Shown: positions 17,994 to 29,712, numbered from the stretch's first letter. The stretch: DNA of 47,867 nt from Gemmatimonadaceae bacterium (GCA_036826135.1 DAISWY010000001.1:1-47867), one strand, 5' to 3'. A program made the numbers and translations. Notes: generated by a model not told the origin, from the letters alone.

Positions 17994-20428
17994 GCGAACT
18001 CCGCGATGGTGACGCCGGCGCCGCCCTCGTTCCAGGCGCCCAGCCGGAATTGCGCGACGCGACGGTCCTTCGTCAACACCTGCCCGACCCGTTCGCGCAG
18101 CGCGCCGGTCCCCTTCCCGTGGATGATGCGCAGCTGGCGGAGGTCGGCCCGGATCGCGGCGTCGAGCGCGTGCACGACGAGGTCGTCGACCTCGTGCACG
18201 CGGACGCCGCGCACGTCGACCTCCGGCTTCGCCTCGAGCTCGGGCACGTCGATGATCGCGACCTTCTCCTCCCGCAGATGCCGCGCCGAGAGCCGCCGGA
18301 GCGTGGCGAACGGGACCGTGAGCTTGAGCGAACCGACGGCGACCACCGCTTCCGCGCCGCGTCGCTCGAGGAGGCGGCCGGCCTTCCCGCCGAGCGTCCC
18401 CACGGCGACCGCATCGCCGGCGGTGGGGGCACCGGCGGGCTCGGCCTCCGCCCCGACGGGCCCGGCGCTGGCGAGCCGCGCCTCCCGCTCAGCCGCATCG
18501 AGTCGGTCGAGCGCCGCCTGCTCCGATGCGGCGAGTCCCTCGAGCGTTCGGCGCGCCGCCGAGGCCTCCGCCGACGCCGCATCACCCGGCGCGGCGCGCA
18601 GCCCGGCGATGGTCCGTTCCACCTCACGCCGCGCGTCGAGCAGATATCGCCTGGCCTCGCGGCGCGACTCGCGCTCCACCTCGCGCTCCCGGGCCTGCAC
18701 CGTTCCCTCGCGCTCGGCGAGGCGCGCCGCCCGCGCCTGCAGGTCGGCCTGTTGGGCCCCCACCTCGCGCTCCTGCGCACCGAGCGCCGTCGCGCGCCGT
18801 TCGACGTCGGCGAGGAGCGCGGTCAGGTCGCGCTCGATCGTCGGGATCCGGGCCTCCGCGCGCGCGAGCACCGCCTCGGGCATCTGCAGCCGACGCGCGA
18901 TCGCGAGCCCGTACGAGCGCCCCGGGATCCCCTTGATCAGGCGGTACGTCGGCGCGAGCCGCACCTCGTCGAACTGCAACGAGGCGTTCACCACGCCCGG
19001 GACGTCGCCCGCGAGCTCCTTGAGCGCGCCGAGGTGCGTCGTCGCGATGGTCGTCGTCCCCCGCGCGGTGAGCGCCTCGAGGATTGCGCCGCCGAGCGCC
19101 GCGCCCTCGAGCGGATCGGTGCCCGACCCAAGCTCGTCGATCAGGACGAGCGCGTCCGCCGACGCCTCGGCGAGGATCGCCGTGAGGTGCTTGAGATGCG
19201 CACTGAAGGTCGAGAGCGACGCGGCGAGGCTCTGCTCGTCACCGATGTCGGCGAAGACGTCGTCGAAACAAGGCAGCGTGCTCTCCGCCCCGACGGGCGC
19301 GGGGATCCCCGCCTGCACCATCAGCGCGCAGAGCGCCAGCGCTTTGAGGAGCACCGTCTTGCCGCCGGTGTTCGGCCCCGAGACGAGGAGGGTGCGCTCG
19401 CTCGGATCCATGGCGAGGTCGAACGACACCACCGCGATGCCCTGCGCGAGCAGGAGCGGGTGACGGCCGTCGCGGACGTGGAACCCGTCGCGTGCGGCGA
19501 CGAGCTCGGCGTCGGCGCATCCCGTGGCCAGCGCGTAGCGCGCACGTCCGTAGAGGGCATCGAGCGCGATGAGCGCCTCCAGCGCCGCGACCAGCGCCTC
19601 CCGGTCGGGGCGGATGGCGTCGGTGAGCTCGCGGAGGATCCGCTCGCACTCCTCCGCCTCCTCCCGCTCCAACTCCCGGATGCGGTTGCCGGCCTCGATC
19701 GCCGCGGGGGGTTCCACGTAGAGCGTCTGCCCCGAGGCAGAGCTGTCGTGCACGAGCCCACCCACGACGACGCGACCCTCGCGACGGACGGGGATGACGT
19801 AGCGCCCGTTGCGGAGCGTGACGGAGCCGTCATCGACGCGATGATGCGCCTCGAGGCGCGCCATCACGCGCTCGAGGAGCCGGACGAGCTCCCCCTCGGC
19901 GCCGCGTCGCTCGCGGCGGATCCGACGCAGCGCGGGCGAGGCGTCATCGCGGAGCTCCCCCTCCTCGGTGAGCACGCGCTCGAGCTGCTGCTCCACCGCC
20001 GGCCGCGCCACGAGCGCGTCGGCACAGGGCGCCAGCAGGCCGCGCACCATCGCCGGGACCTGCTCGGCCCGGAGCGCGAGCTGCGTGCGGCGCGACGACA
20101 CGAGCAACGTGATGAGATCGCGGAGCTCGAGGCCGCTCCAGACCGTCCCGGGCACGCGGAGCCGCGTCAGCGCCGCCCCGAGGTCGGGAATCCCCTCCGG
20201 GCGCCATCCCTCCTCACCGGCGACGAGGGCCCGCATCGCGCCGACCTGCCGATGGATGAGGCGGAGCGCCGCGAGGGCGTCCTCACGCTCCGGGCGCGTC
20301 CCCCCGACGCGCAACGGGCGCAGCGCGCGGATGCGCGCCGCGCCCGGACCACTCGACGCGAACCCTGCGACGTGTTCGAGGAGCCGAGCGAACTCGAGGA
20401 CGTCGAGGGCGTGCGGCTGCACGGTCAC
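17990..20428 (-). CDS. mutS2: MutS2 family ATPase with Smr domain
   Basis: SGPNTGGKT, DIGDEQSLAASLSTFSAH, DELGSGTDP, TTH, and C-terminal Smr IIHGKGTGALR. Confidence 0.96.
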   Translation of the reverse strand: MTVQPHALDVLEFARLLEHVAGFASSGPGAARIRALRPLRVGGTRPEREDALAALRLIHRQVGAMRALVAGEEGWRPEGIPDLGAALTRLRVPGTVWSGLELRDLITLLVSSRRTQLALRAEQVPAMVRGLLAPCADALVARPAVEQQLERVLTEEGELRDDASPALRRIRRERRGAEGELVRLLERVMARLEAHHRVDDGSVTLRNGRYVIPVRREGRVVVGGLVHDSSASGQTLYVEPPAAIEAGNRIRELEREEAEECERILRELTDAIRPDREALVAALEALIALDALYGRARYALATGCADAELVAARDGFHVRDGRHPLLLAQGIAVVSFDLAMDPSERTLLVSGPNTGGKTVLLKALALCALMVQAGIPAPVGAESTLPCFDDVFADIGDEQSLAASLSTFSAHLKHLTAILAEASADALVLIDELGSGTDPLEGAALGGAILEALTARGTTTIATTHLGALKELAGDVPGVVNASLQFDEVRLAPTYRLIKGIPGRSYGLAIARRLQMPEAVLARAEARIPTIERDLTALLADVERRATALGAQEREVGAQQADLQARAARLAEREGTVQAREREVERESRREARRYLLDARREVERTIAGLRAAPGDAASAEASAARRTLEGLAASEQAALDRLDAAEREARLASAGPVGAEAEPAGAPTAGDAVAVGTLGGKAGRLLERRGAEAVVAVGSLKLTVPFATLRRLSARHLREEKVAIIDVPELEAKPEVDVRGVRVHEVDDLVVHALDAAIRADLRQLRIIHGKGTGALRERVGQVLTKDRRVAQFRLGAWNEGGAGVTIAEFA

Positions 20429-20868
20429 TGCCCCGGCCCGAGCTCCTCGCGCGCGATCCGGTTGAGGACGGCGCCGTCCGCCTTGCCCTTGAAGGACTTC
20501 ATCAGGGCGCCCATGACCGCCCCAAGGGCGGCCGCGCCGGCGTCGACCGCCGCGCGCGCCACCGCCCGCATCTCCGCCTCAGTCGGCGCGGCGGGCATCC
20601 AGGTCTCGAGCGCCTCCGCCTCCCGACGCTCCGCAGCCGCGAGTTCCTCACGACCGCCCTGCTGGTACATCTCCACCGACTCCCGTCGGCGCTTGATGGC
20701 CTTCCGCAGGACCTCCACGACATCATCGTCGGTGAGGTCCCGCTTCAGTTCGATCTCACGGTTCTTGAGTTCCGCGAGCACCGTGCCAAGGAGCAGGACG
20801 CGGTCCTTGTCCTGCGCCTTGCGGGCGTCCAACAGCTCGCCCTGCACGAGCGCCATCAACCCGGCCAT
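20425..20868 (-). CDS. GatB/YqeY domain protein
   Basis: ARKAQDKDR..LKNREIE, KRRRESVEMYQQGGREELA, GAVMG..KGKADG; follows rpsU. Confidence 0.93.
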   Translation of the reverse strand: MAGLMALVQGELLDARKAQDKDRVLLLGTVLAELKNREIELKRDLTDDDVVEVLRKAIKRRRESVEMYQQGGREELAAAERREAEALETWMPAAPTEAEMRAVARAAVDAGAAALGAVMGALMKSFKGKADGAVLNRIAREELGPGQ

Positions 20869-20869
20869 G

Positions 20870-21058
20870 TCAGTACGAGCGGGTCCGCTTGGTCTTCCGC
20901 TGCGCGGCGTTGAGCTTCCGCTTGCGCTTCTCGCTCGGCTTCTCGTAATGCCGATGCTTCCGCAGGTCCGCGAGGATCCCGGCCTTCTCGCACTTCTTCT
21001 TGAAGCGCTTGAGCGCGCGCTCGAAGTTCTCGTCCTCGTGGATGATGATCTCCGACAA
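20870..21058 (-). CDS. rpsU: 30S ribosomal protein S21
   Basis: [36 protein letters not shown] start at 21058 after a G-rich SD. Confidence 0.97.
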   Translation of the reverse strand: MSEIIIHEDENFERALKRFKKKCEKAGILADLRKHRHYEKPSEKRKRKLNAAQRKTKRTRSY

Positions 21059-21121
21059 ACTGACTTCCCCCCTTGGATGGCGGGTCAACGCCGGTTGGGG
21101 TACGGGTGGTGAGAGCCCCTG

Positions 21122-21150
21122 AAGTTATGGCATGACAAGCGGTTGGGCAA
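21122..21150 (-). promoter_or_regulatory. Promoter for the rpsU operon
   Basis: TTGCCC (21150-21145), 17 nt spacer, TAACTT (21127-21122), within the 3' end of the GT4 gene. Confidence 0.5.
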
Positions 21151-22270
21151 CCCGAGCCACCTCGGCGAGCACGCCGGCCCGAAAGGCTTCGACCGAGAAG
21201 CGCTCCGCCCGGGCCCGGCAGCCCGCGGCGGTAATGCGCCCATCCGCCCACGCCGCCTCCACGCGACGCACCCCGTCCCGGATCGCCTCGGGCGTCTGGA
21301 CCTCGAAGAACGCCCCCGTCCCAGGCCCCGCGTCGGCACTCACGATGGTCTCCCGCGCCCCGCCCCGCCCATAGGCCAGCACCGGGATGCCGCAGGCCAT
21401 CGCCTCGACCGGGACGATCCCGAAATCCTCCTCGGCGGCGAAGACGAACCCCCGCGCGCCCTGTAGGACTTCACGCACCGCGGCCCGCGGGAGATGCCCG
21501 CGCCATTCGATGTTCGCCGCGCCGCGGGCCGCCGCCTCCACCCGGGCCCGCTCCGGCCCGTCCCCCACGACCACCAGCCGATGGGTCGGCAGGCCGGCGA
21601 ACGCCTCGACGATCAGCGGAATCCGCTTGTACGGCACGAAGCGCGAGACCGTGCACCAGTACGGCGCGCCCGATGTCGCCGCGCCCGGTCGGAAGTATGC
21701 GGTGTCGACCGGCGGGTACAGCACCGTCGACGCGCGACCATACGCCCGTGCGATTCGGTCAGCGATGAACTCGGAGATCGCGACGTACGCCGTCGGCCGG
21801 CCCGCCGTCGCGAGATCCCATCGTCGTATCCGCTCGAGCAACGCCCGCGCGAGCCACCCACGCACCCCGCGGTCGAGCCCCGTCTCCGCGAGGTACGACT
21901 CCCGCAGGTCCCACGCGTAGCGCATCGGCGAGCAACAGAGGCAGAGATGCACCTGCCGCGGTCCGGTGCGCACCGACTTCGCCACCGCGTGCGAGACGGA
22001 GATCACCAGGTCGTAGCCACGGAGGTCGAGCGACGTCACCGCCATCGGCAGGAGCGGCAACAGGGCACGATGCCACCGCGCGGCACCGGGGAGGCGCTGA
22101 AGGAACGACGTCCGGATCGGTCGTCCGTCGAGGCGGGCCCGGAGCGAGGGCACCGGGTCGGCAAGGAGCGCGAACTGGTCCGCGGCGGGGAAGAGCCGCT
22201 GCAGCTCGACGGTGATCTCCTCGGATCCCCCGTGGGTGAGGAGCCACTCATGGACCAGCGCGACCCTCAT
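21125..22270 (-). CDS. Glycosyltransferase family 4 (WbaZ-like)
   Basis: MRVALVHEWLLTHGGSE, SPMRYAWD, YPPVD, EEDFGIVPVEAMACG; ATGA overlap with the HIT gene stop. Confidence 0.92.
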   Translation of the reverse strand: MRVALVHEWLLTHGGSEEITVELQRLFPAADQFALLADPVPSLRARLDGRPIRTSFLQRLPGAARWHRALLPLLPMAVTSLDLRGYDLVISVSHAVAKSVRTGPRQVHLCLCCSPMRYAWDLRESYLAETGLDRGVRGWLARALLERIRRWDLATAGRPTAYVAISEFIADRIARAYGRASTVLYPPVDTAYFRPGAATSGAPYWCTVSRFVPYKRIPLIVEAFAGLPTHRLVVVGDGPERARVEAAARGAANIEWRGHLPRAAVREVLQGARGFVFAAEEDFGIVPVEAMACGIPVLAYGRGGARETIVSADAGPGTGAFFEVQTPEAIRDGVRRVEAAWADGRITAAGCRARAERFSVEAFRAGVLAEVARVAQPLVMP

Positions 22271-22632
22271 CCCGGAGGCCAACCGAGGGCGCGGCCGCCG
22301 AGGAGGTGGAGGTGCAGATGCCCGACGGTCTGCCCCCCGTCATCCCCGGTGTTGATCACGCAGCGATACCCGCCCTCCGCGACCCCCTGCTCCCGCGCGA
22401 CCCGCCGCGCGAGCGCCACCACCGCGCCGAGGAGGACGGGATCCTCAGCCGCGTCGAGCGACGACAGGTGCGCCCGCGGCACGACGAGCACGTGCACCGG
22501 CGCCTGCGGCGCGATATCCCGGAACGCAATCGCCTCCGGCGTCGATGCGACGATCGTCGCGGGGATCGTCCCGGCGACGATGCGACAGAAGAGGCAGCCG
22601 GGATCGGTCGCGGTGGGAATCAGGTCGGACAC
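22267..22632 (-). CDS. Histidine triad (HIT/HinT) nucleotide-binding protein
   Basis: CLFCRIVAG, AFRDIAPQAPVHVLVVP, GQTVGHLHLHLLGGR..WPPG; GTG start at 22632. Confidence 0.94.
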   Translation of the reverse strand: MSDLIPTATDPGCLFCRIVAGTIPATIVASTPEAIAFRDIAPQAPVHVLVVPRAHLSSLDAAEDPVLLGAVVALARRVAREQGVAEGGYRCVINTGDDGGQTVGHLHLHLLGGRALGWPPG

Positions 22633-22639
22633 GATGCCC

Positions 22640-23455
22640 TCAGCGTGAGGTGGCGGTGGGCGCGTCACCGAGCGCGACGCGGACGGCGGCGAGCGCGGCG
22701 AGGCCGGCGGTCTCGAATCGGAGGATGCTCCGCCCCAGAGACACTGGGATAAACCCAGCCGCCACGAGCTCCGCGCGCTCCGCCGGCTCGATGCCACCCT
22801 CGGGACCGAGGGCGATGGTAACGGCGGGCGCGGCCGGCCCGTCAGCGGCGGTCGGTTCAGTCGCAGCGAGGCGCACCGCCGTGACCGCGCCAGCGAGACC
22901 ATCGCGCAACGGTGCCCCCTCGCCGTCGAGGAGGAGTCGCACGCCCTCAGGGGCGGCGGCGAGGGCGGCGGCGAGCGCGGCCTCGGGATACATCGTCGGC
23001 GCCCACGCGCCGCCGCTCTGCTCAAGCGCGGCGGCGATGCGCCCGCGCACCCGCTGGTGAAATGTCGGCCCCTCGCCGCGCGGCGTCACGTGTTTCGAGC
23101 GCCGGAAGAGCACCGGTCGCCAGGTGGTCAGTTCCAATTCGGTCGCCTTCTCGGCGAGCCAGAGCATTCGGTCCTTGTCCGCCACGGGGAGCAGCAGGTG
23201 CACCGGCGGCGGAGGCGCGATCGTCTCGACGGCGTCAACGTGGACCGTGGCGTGCCGCTTCGCGAGCAAGGTCAGCACCCCTGCCCCGCGGCTCCCACTC
23301 CCGTCGAGCAGCCCCACGCGCATCCCGGTGTCGAGGCGACGGACGCGCAGATGGTGGGCCGCATCCTCGCCGAGCGTCACCGTCTCGCCGCAGGCGAACG
23401 GCGCATCGCTCACGAAGGTCGGCAGACTCACCGCACCGCCCGCACCGACCACCAC
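22640..23455 (-). CDS. rsmE: 16S rRNA m3U1498 methyltransferase RsmE
   Basis: AHHLRVRRL, EKATEL, EQSG, GPEGG, LGRSILRFETA; alternative GTG start at 23431. Confidence 0.93.
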   Translation of the reverse strand: MVVGAGGAVSLPTFVSDAPFACGETVTLGEDAAHHLRVRRLDTGMRVGLLDGSGSRGAGVLTLLAKRHATVHVDAVETIAPPPPVHLLLPVADKDRMLWLAEKATELELTTWRPVLFRRSKHVTPRGEGPTFHQRVRGRIAAALEQSGGAWAPTMYPEAALAAALAAAPEGVRLLLDGEGAPLRDGLAGAVTAVRLAATEPTAADGPAAPAVTIALGPEGGIEPAERAELVAAGFIPVSLGRSILRFETAGLAALAAVRVALGDAPTATSR

Positions 23456-24252
23456 ACCTCCTCGGCGTCCTCCGCGACCACGCGCCAGCCCTGGGAGGCG
23501 AGGGCCGCGAGCATCGCCGGCCGCTCCTCCTGCAGGATCCCGCTGAGGATGATCTCCCCCTCGGGCGCGAGCGCCGACGGGAGGGAGGGGAGCAGGTCGA
23601 GCAGCACCGACGAGATGATGTTCGCGAGAATCACGCGCACCGGCGCAACGAGGGGGAGGAGCAGCGCCGCATCCCCCTCCAGCACCGCCACCTGCGAGGC
23701 GACGCCATTGCGCACGACGTTCTCCTCCGCGTTCGCGATGGAGTCGACGTCGTTCTCGATGGCGAAGGCACGGGACGCCCCGAGCTTCACCGCCGCGATC
23801 GCGAGCACCGCGCTCCCCGCCCCGAGGTCGGCGACGGCGTCCCCCGGGCGGATCGTCGCCTCGAGGAGGCGCACCACACCCCGTGTGGTGGGATGCTCAC
23901 CCGTACCGAACGCCATCGCGGGCTCAATGACCACCGTCGTCGCGGCGGGGAGACCGTCGGCAAGCCAGGGCGGCGCGACGGTCAGCGCACCGAGTCGATG
24001 CGCGCTGATCCGCGTCCGCCAGGCGAGAGACCAGTCCACGTCCTCCAGCGGCGAGACGGTGATGGTCGCCGCGTCGTCCGCGTCACGAAGCGCCCGCGCG
24101 AAGGCGTCGACATCGGCGCTCTCCGGAAGATGCGTGACCAACGTCGCCCCATCCTCGTGCACCCCCTCGGCGCCGGCGGCGAACATCGCCGCGGTCACCC
24201 CGTCCACCTGGTCTGGCGCGCTCGGCGCGCAGACGACGCGATGCCAAGTCAT
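23428..24252 (-). CDS. prmA: Ribosomal protein L11 methyltransferase
   Basis: [37 protein letters not shown]. Confidence 0.96.
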   Translation of the reverse strand: MTWHRVVCAPSAPDQVDGVTAAMFAAGAEGVHEDGATLVTHLPESADVDAFARALRDADDAATITVSPLEDVDWSLAWRTRISAHRLGALTVAPPWLADGLPAATTVVIEPAMAFGTGEHPTTRGVVRLLEATIRPGDAVADLGAGSAVLAIAAVKLGASRAFAIENDVDSIANAEENVVRNGVASQVAVLEGDAALLLPLVAPVRVILANIISSVLLDLLPSLPSALAPEGEIILSGILQEERPAMLAALASQGWRVVAEDAEEVWWSVRAVR

Positions 24253-25376
24253 CCGCCGATCGCCTCCTTCATCTTCGCCCAGAACCCCTTCCCGCGCGTC
24301 TCGGGCGGAGGCTCGAGCACCTCGCCGAGCTCGCCGATGAGGCGCTTCGCCTCGCGGTCGATTCCCTGTGGCGTCCAGACCTGAACCCGCACGTGGAGAT
24401 CCCCCTTGCCGGAGGCGTTCACCCTCGGCAACCCCTGCCCGCGGAGGGTGAAGACCTGACCGCTCTGCGTCCCCGCGGGGACCTTCAGGTCGAGCGGCCC
24501 CGTGATCCCGGGGACCTTGATCGCCGCGCCGAGGACCACCTGCGGGAAGGCGACGAGCGCCTCGCAGTAAAGGTCCTCACCGTCCCGCTCGAAGCGCGGA
24601 TCGTCGGTGACATCGAAGACGACGATCACGTCGCCACGGGGCCCGCCGCGCACCCCGACGTTGCCCACACCACGCATCTGCATGTACTGGCCCGTCGCAA
24701 CCCCCGCGGGGACGCGGATGTCGAGCGTCTGCTCGCCGCGAACGCGGCCCTCACCGCGGCACTCCGTGCACGGGCTCGCAATCGTCGTCCCCTCGCCCCG
24801 GCAGCTCGGACAGGGACCGACGCTCACGAACTGACCGAAGAAGCTCTGCTGCGCCCGCCGGACCTCGCCCTGACCACCGCAGGTGCCGCACCGCTGCGCC
24901 TGCGTGCCGGGCTCCGCCCCCGCCCCGTCGCAGCGCGTGCACCCCTGCAGGAGCTTGAGCTTCACCTGCTTGGTAACCCCTGCCGCGACCTCCACCAGCG
25001 TGAGGCGCAGGTCAAGCTTCACATCCTGCCCGGCGCGCGGTCCGCTGGCCCGACCGCCCCCACCGCCGCCGAAGAGGTCGCCGAGACCGAAGTCCCGCAT
25101 GAAGATGTTGAGCGCGTCAGAGAGATCGACGTGCTGATATCCGCCACCACCGCCGCCGCGCAGCCCCGCCTCGCCGTACCGGTCGTAGGCCGCCCGCTTT
25201 TGCGCGTCGCGGAGCACGTCATAGGCCTCGGTGACGGTCTTGAACCGTTCCTCGGCCTCCTTCGAGCCCCCGTTGCGATCGGGGTGGTACTGCATCGCGA
25301 GCTTGCGATACGCCTTCTTGATCTCGTCGTCGCTCGCGTCACGCGCGACGCCGAGCGTCTCGTAGTAATCCGCCAT
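24249..25376 (-). CDS. dnaJ: Chaperone DnaJ
   Basis: J domain with HPD, G/F region, four CxxCxGxG repeats and the C-terminal domain. Confidence 0.98.
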   Translation of the reverse strand: MADYYETLGVARDASDDEIKKAYRKLAMQYHPDRNGGSKEAEERFKTVTEAYDVLRDAQKRAAYDRYGEAGLRGGGGGGYQHVDLSDALNIFMRDFGLGDLFGGGGGGRASGPRAGQDVKLDLRLTLVEVAAGVTKQVKLKLLQGCTRCDGAGAEPGTQAQRCGTCGGQGEVRRAQQSFFGQFVSVGPCPSCRGEGTTIASPCTECRGEGRVRGEQTLDIRVPAGVATGQYMQMRGVGNVGVRGGPRGDVIVVFDVTDDPRFERDGEDLYCEALVAFPQVVLGAAIKVPGITGPLDLKVPAGTQSGQVFTLRGQGLPRVNASGKGDLHVRVQVWTPQGIDREAKRLIGELGEVLEPPPETRGKGFWAKMKEAIGG

Positions 25377-26434
25377 CAGGTCAACAGGTCCGAGACCAGC
25401 GAAGAGGTGTGGGCGACCAGCGCGATCACCTTCTCGTACGGCATCCGCGTCGGGCCGATCACCCCGATGACGCCGGTGAGACTGCCCGCCGTGTACTCCG
25501 CGGTGACGAGGGTGAGGCCACCGAGCAGGGTCGTGCCATGCTCGCCGCCGATGGTGATGGAGACCCCGGGCTGCGCCGCACGGGCGCGCAGTGCCGTCGC
25601 AAGATGCGACCGGGTCTCGGTCAGAGTGAGGAGGCGCTTCATCGATTCGCCCGAGGCGAACTCGGGCTGGTCGGCGAGGAGCGACGGCTGCCCGAGGAGG
25701 ACCGCATCGTCCTCCGTCGGCGCACCGACGTCGAAGAGCTGCTCCCCCTCCTGCACGAAGATGTTGAGGAGCTCCGCGGAGCCCGGCGCGTCAGTCACCC
25801 GAGTCGGCGCGGCGTCCCGCAGGCGAGCGCCGAGGGTGCGACGGATCTCCGCCAGCGAGTGCCCCGCGAGCCGTTCGTTCAGGACAACTTGGACCTCGGC
25901 GATTGCGGGATCGGCGATCTCCCCCGGGACTTCGATGAAGATGGTCCGGACCGTGCCGCCGACGAGCGTCAGGACGAGGATCAAGCGGTCGGAGGTGAGG
26001 CGCACCAGCTCCAAACGTTGGAGGATGGTCTGGTCGAGCCGTGGGCCGAGCGCGACGCCAAGCTCCTGCGTCAGCACCCCCAGGGACTGCGCCGCGCGTC
26101 GCAGGATGTTCTCGATGGTCGATCCCCCCACGGCGATCTCCCCCGCGAGCATCTCCCGCTCCCGAAGGGGCAACGGTTCGACCCGCATCAGCGAGTCGAC
26201 GTAGACGCGGTACGCTTTGTCCGTGGGCACACGGCCGGCCGAGGTGTGCGGATGGAAGAGGAACCCCTTCTCCTCCAGATCGGCCATCGTATTGCGCACG
26301 GTCGCCGGGGACACCCCGAGCCCGAACCGCCGGGAAATGGTCCGCGAGGCCGCCGGTTCAGCCGTCTCCACATAGCAGCGAACGACGGCCTCCAGCACGG
26401 AGCGCTCCCGGTTCGACAGCTCGTGAAGTGACAT
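25376..26434 (-). CDS. hrcA: Heat-inducible transcription repressor HrcA
   Basis: [46 protein letters not shown]. Confidence 0.97.
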   Translation of the reverse strand: MSLHELSNRERSVLEAVVRCYVETAEPAASRTISRRFGLGVSPATVRNTMADLEEKGFLFHPHTSAGRVPTDKAYRVYVDSLMRVEPLPLREREMLAGEIAVGGSTIENILRRAAQSLGVLTQELGVALGPRLDQTILQRLELVRLTSDRLILVLTLVGGTVRTIFIEVPGEIADPAIAEVQVVLNERLAGHSLAEIRRTLGARLRDAAPTRVTDAPGSAELLNIFVQEGEQLFDVGAPTEDDAVLLGQPSLLADQPEFASGESMKRLLTLTETRSHLATALRARAAQPGVSITIGGEHGTTLLGGLTLVTAEYTAGSLTGVIGVIGPTRMPYEKVIALVAHTSSLVSDLLT

Positions 26435-26444
26435 AAGTGGAAGA

Positions 26445-27596
26445 TTACGAACGACTTCGAGCGGCGGTCAAGGCGGCGGCGAGTGCGTCGAGCCGGAGCC
26501 ATCCCTCGGCGGTCAGCCGCAGGCGTCCAGCAGGCTCAAGCACGGCCCACCCATGCTCCATCCAAGGGGTAACCGTCTTCATGTCACTTTGATAGACATT
26601 GAGGCCATCGATTGTCCGAAGCCCCAGGTACACCTCCTCCGCGTCGCGCTCGGCGGAGCCGATCGGCTCACTCCCGTCGACCGGATCGCGTCCTGCCGCC
26701 TCGGACCACGCCGCGTATGGGGCCAGGTTCCAGCGACGGACTGCCCCGTCGAATCCATGCGCCGAGGGCCCGAGGCCGAGGTATGGAACCCGCGTCCAGT
26801 ACGCCGAGTTGTGACGGGCCCGGAAGGAGGGGCGGCCGTAATTGGACACTTCATAGTGTTCGTACCCAGCCCCCGTCAGCCGGTCGTGGGCCCGCAGGAA
26901 CTCCGTCGCGTGCCGGTCCTCGGGCGCCTCCCGGACCTCCCCCCTGGCCGCCCATCGCCCCAGCGGCGTATGCGGCTCGACCGTCAGGCCGTAGACGGAG
27001 AGGTGGGTCGGGTCGAGCGCGAGCGCGAGATCGAGGTCGCGATCCCAGTCCCGCTCGAGCATCTCCGGAACCCCCGCGATGAGATCGAGCGAGACGTCCG
27101 CGATGCCTCCATCGCGCAGTGCGCCGACGGCCGCAGCCGTCCCGGCCGCATCGTGCCCGCGGTGCATCCACCGAAGGACCTGCGCGTCGAACGACTGGAC
27201 ACCGAGCGACACCCGATTCACCCCGGCCATGCGCCAGCGCCGCACCGCGTCTGGGGTGACGTCCTCTGGGTTCGCCTCCAGTGTCAGTTCAAAGTTTTTC
27301 CACAGAGTTGTGGAAAAATCACCCGCCCCGAGTGCCTCACCGACGCGCCGGAGGAGGTCTTCCACCCCCTCCGCCCCGAGCAGCGAGGGGGTGCCACCGC
27401 CGAGGTAAAGCGTCCGCAGTTGCCCGGGAACCAGGCGCACCCCCCGAGACAGGATCTCGGACAGAACACTTTCCACATACTTATCCACAGGAACAGACTG
27501 CCGTACCGCGATCGAAAAGTCGCAGTAGGAGCATCGACGCCGGCAGAAGGGAACGTGGATGTAAACGTGTTGGAAGTTTTCCACAGGGGAGGTCAA
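26445..27596 (-). CDS. hemW: Radical SAM heme chaperone HemW (HemN-like)
   Basis: YIHVPFCRRRCSYCDF, YLGGGTPS, EANPE, RVSLGVQS, YEVSNY, HNSAYW, GLGPSAHG; hemW-hrcA synteny. TTG start at 27596 (GTG 27584 is an alternative). Confidence 0.93.
   Translation of the reverse strand: MTSPVENFQHVYIHVPFCRRRCSYCDFSIAVRQSVPVDKYVESVLSEILSRGVRLVPGQLRTLYLGGGTPSLLGAEGVEDLLRRVGEALGAGDFSTTLWKNFELTLEANPEDVTPDAVRRWRMAGVNRVSLGVQSFDAQVLRWMHRGHDAAGTAAAVGALRDGGIADVSLDLIAGVPEMLERDWDRDLDLALALDPTHLSVYGLTVEPHTPLGRWAARGEVREAPEDRHATEFLRAHDRLTGAGYEHYEVSNYGRPSFRARHNSAYWTRVPYLGLGPSAHGFDGAVRRWNLAPYAAWSEAAGRDPVDGSEPIGSAERDAEEVYLGLRTIDGLNVYQSDMKTVTPWMEHGWAVLEPAGRLRLTAEGWLRLDALAAALTAARSRS
27296..27585. promoter_or_regulatory. 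Cluster of five DnaA-box-like 9-mers inside the hemW CDS
   Basis: TTTTCCACA 27296-27304, TGTGGAAAA 27309-27317, CTTTCCACA 27469-27477, perfect TTATCCACA 27481-27489 and TTTTCCACA 27577-27585. Confidence 0.75.
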
Positions 27597-27671
27597 GCTG
27601 TTGTGAAGTCATGGACTCAGGAGGCTCAGTCCGTCGCCAGTGGAGCGCGGCCAACTGAGGGGATGGGCCAC

Positions 27672-27752
27672 TGAGAATGATATGAAGTGAATTGTCAAAC
27701 TTATATTTTACAACGATTTATGATATTTGCCTCAAGTGTATTGTCAGTTCAG
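27672..27752. other. AT-rich intergenic patch (candidate DNA-unwinding element)
   Basis: TGAGAATGATATGAAGTGAATTGTCAAACTTATATTTTACAACGATTTATGATATTTGCCTCAAGTGTATTGTCAG; the most AT-rich stretch I could see in this high-GC window, about 90 bp from the last DnaA box. Confidence 0.6.
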
Positions 27753-27804
27753 ACTCGCTCATCCAGGAAAGTCGCGCCCTGCACCGCGTACCGGGATGTT
27801 TTGT

Positions 27805-29639
<1,835 letters not shown>

Positions 29640-29712
29640 TCAGGAGAGGCGGACACGCGACCAAGATCGGCGCGCGCGCGCCGCGGACGGAATCGATGCA
29701 TCGCGCGCCGGA

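Noticed and set aside
18050..21112. 1020-aa plus-strand ORF and many other long antisense ORFs (e.g. 44-1159, 1499-3460, 10083-12008, 24393-26204, 35612-37987)
   Set aside because: They are antisense shadows of well-supported minus-strand genes, expected in high-GC DNA; they are Arg-rich and carry no motifs.
27689..27716. AT-rich palindrome with a 6-bp core considered as a dif (XerCD) site
   Set aside because: The arms do not match the XerD arm TTATGTTAAAT or the XerC arm in either orientation.
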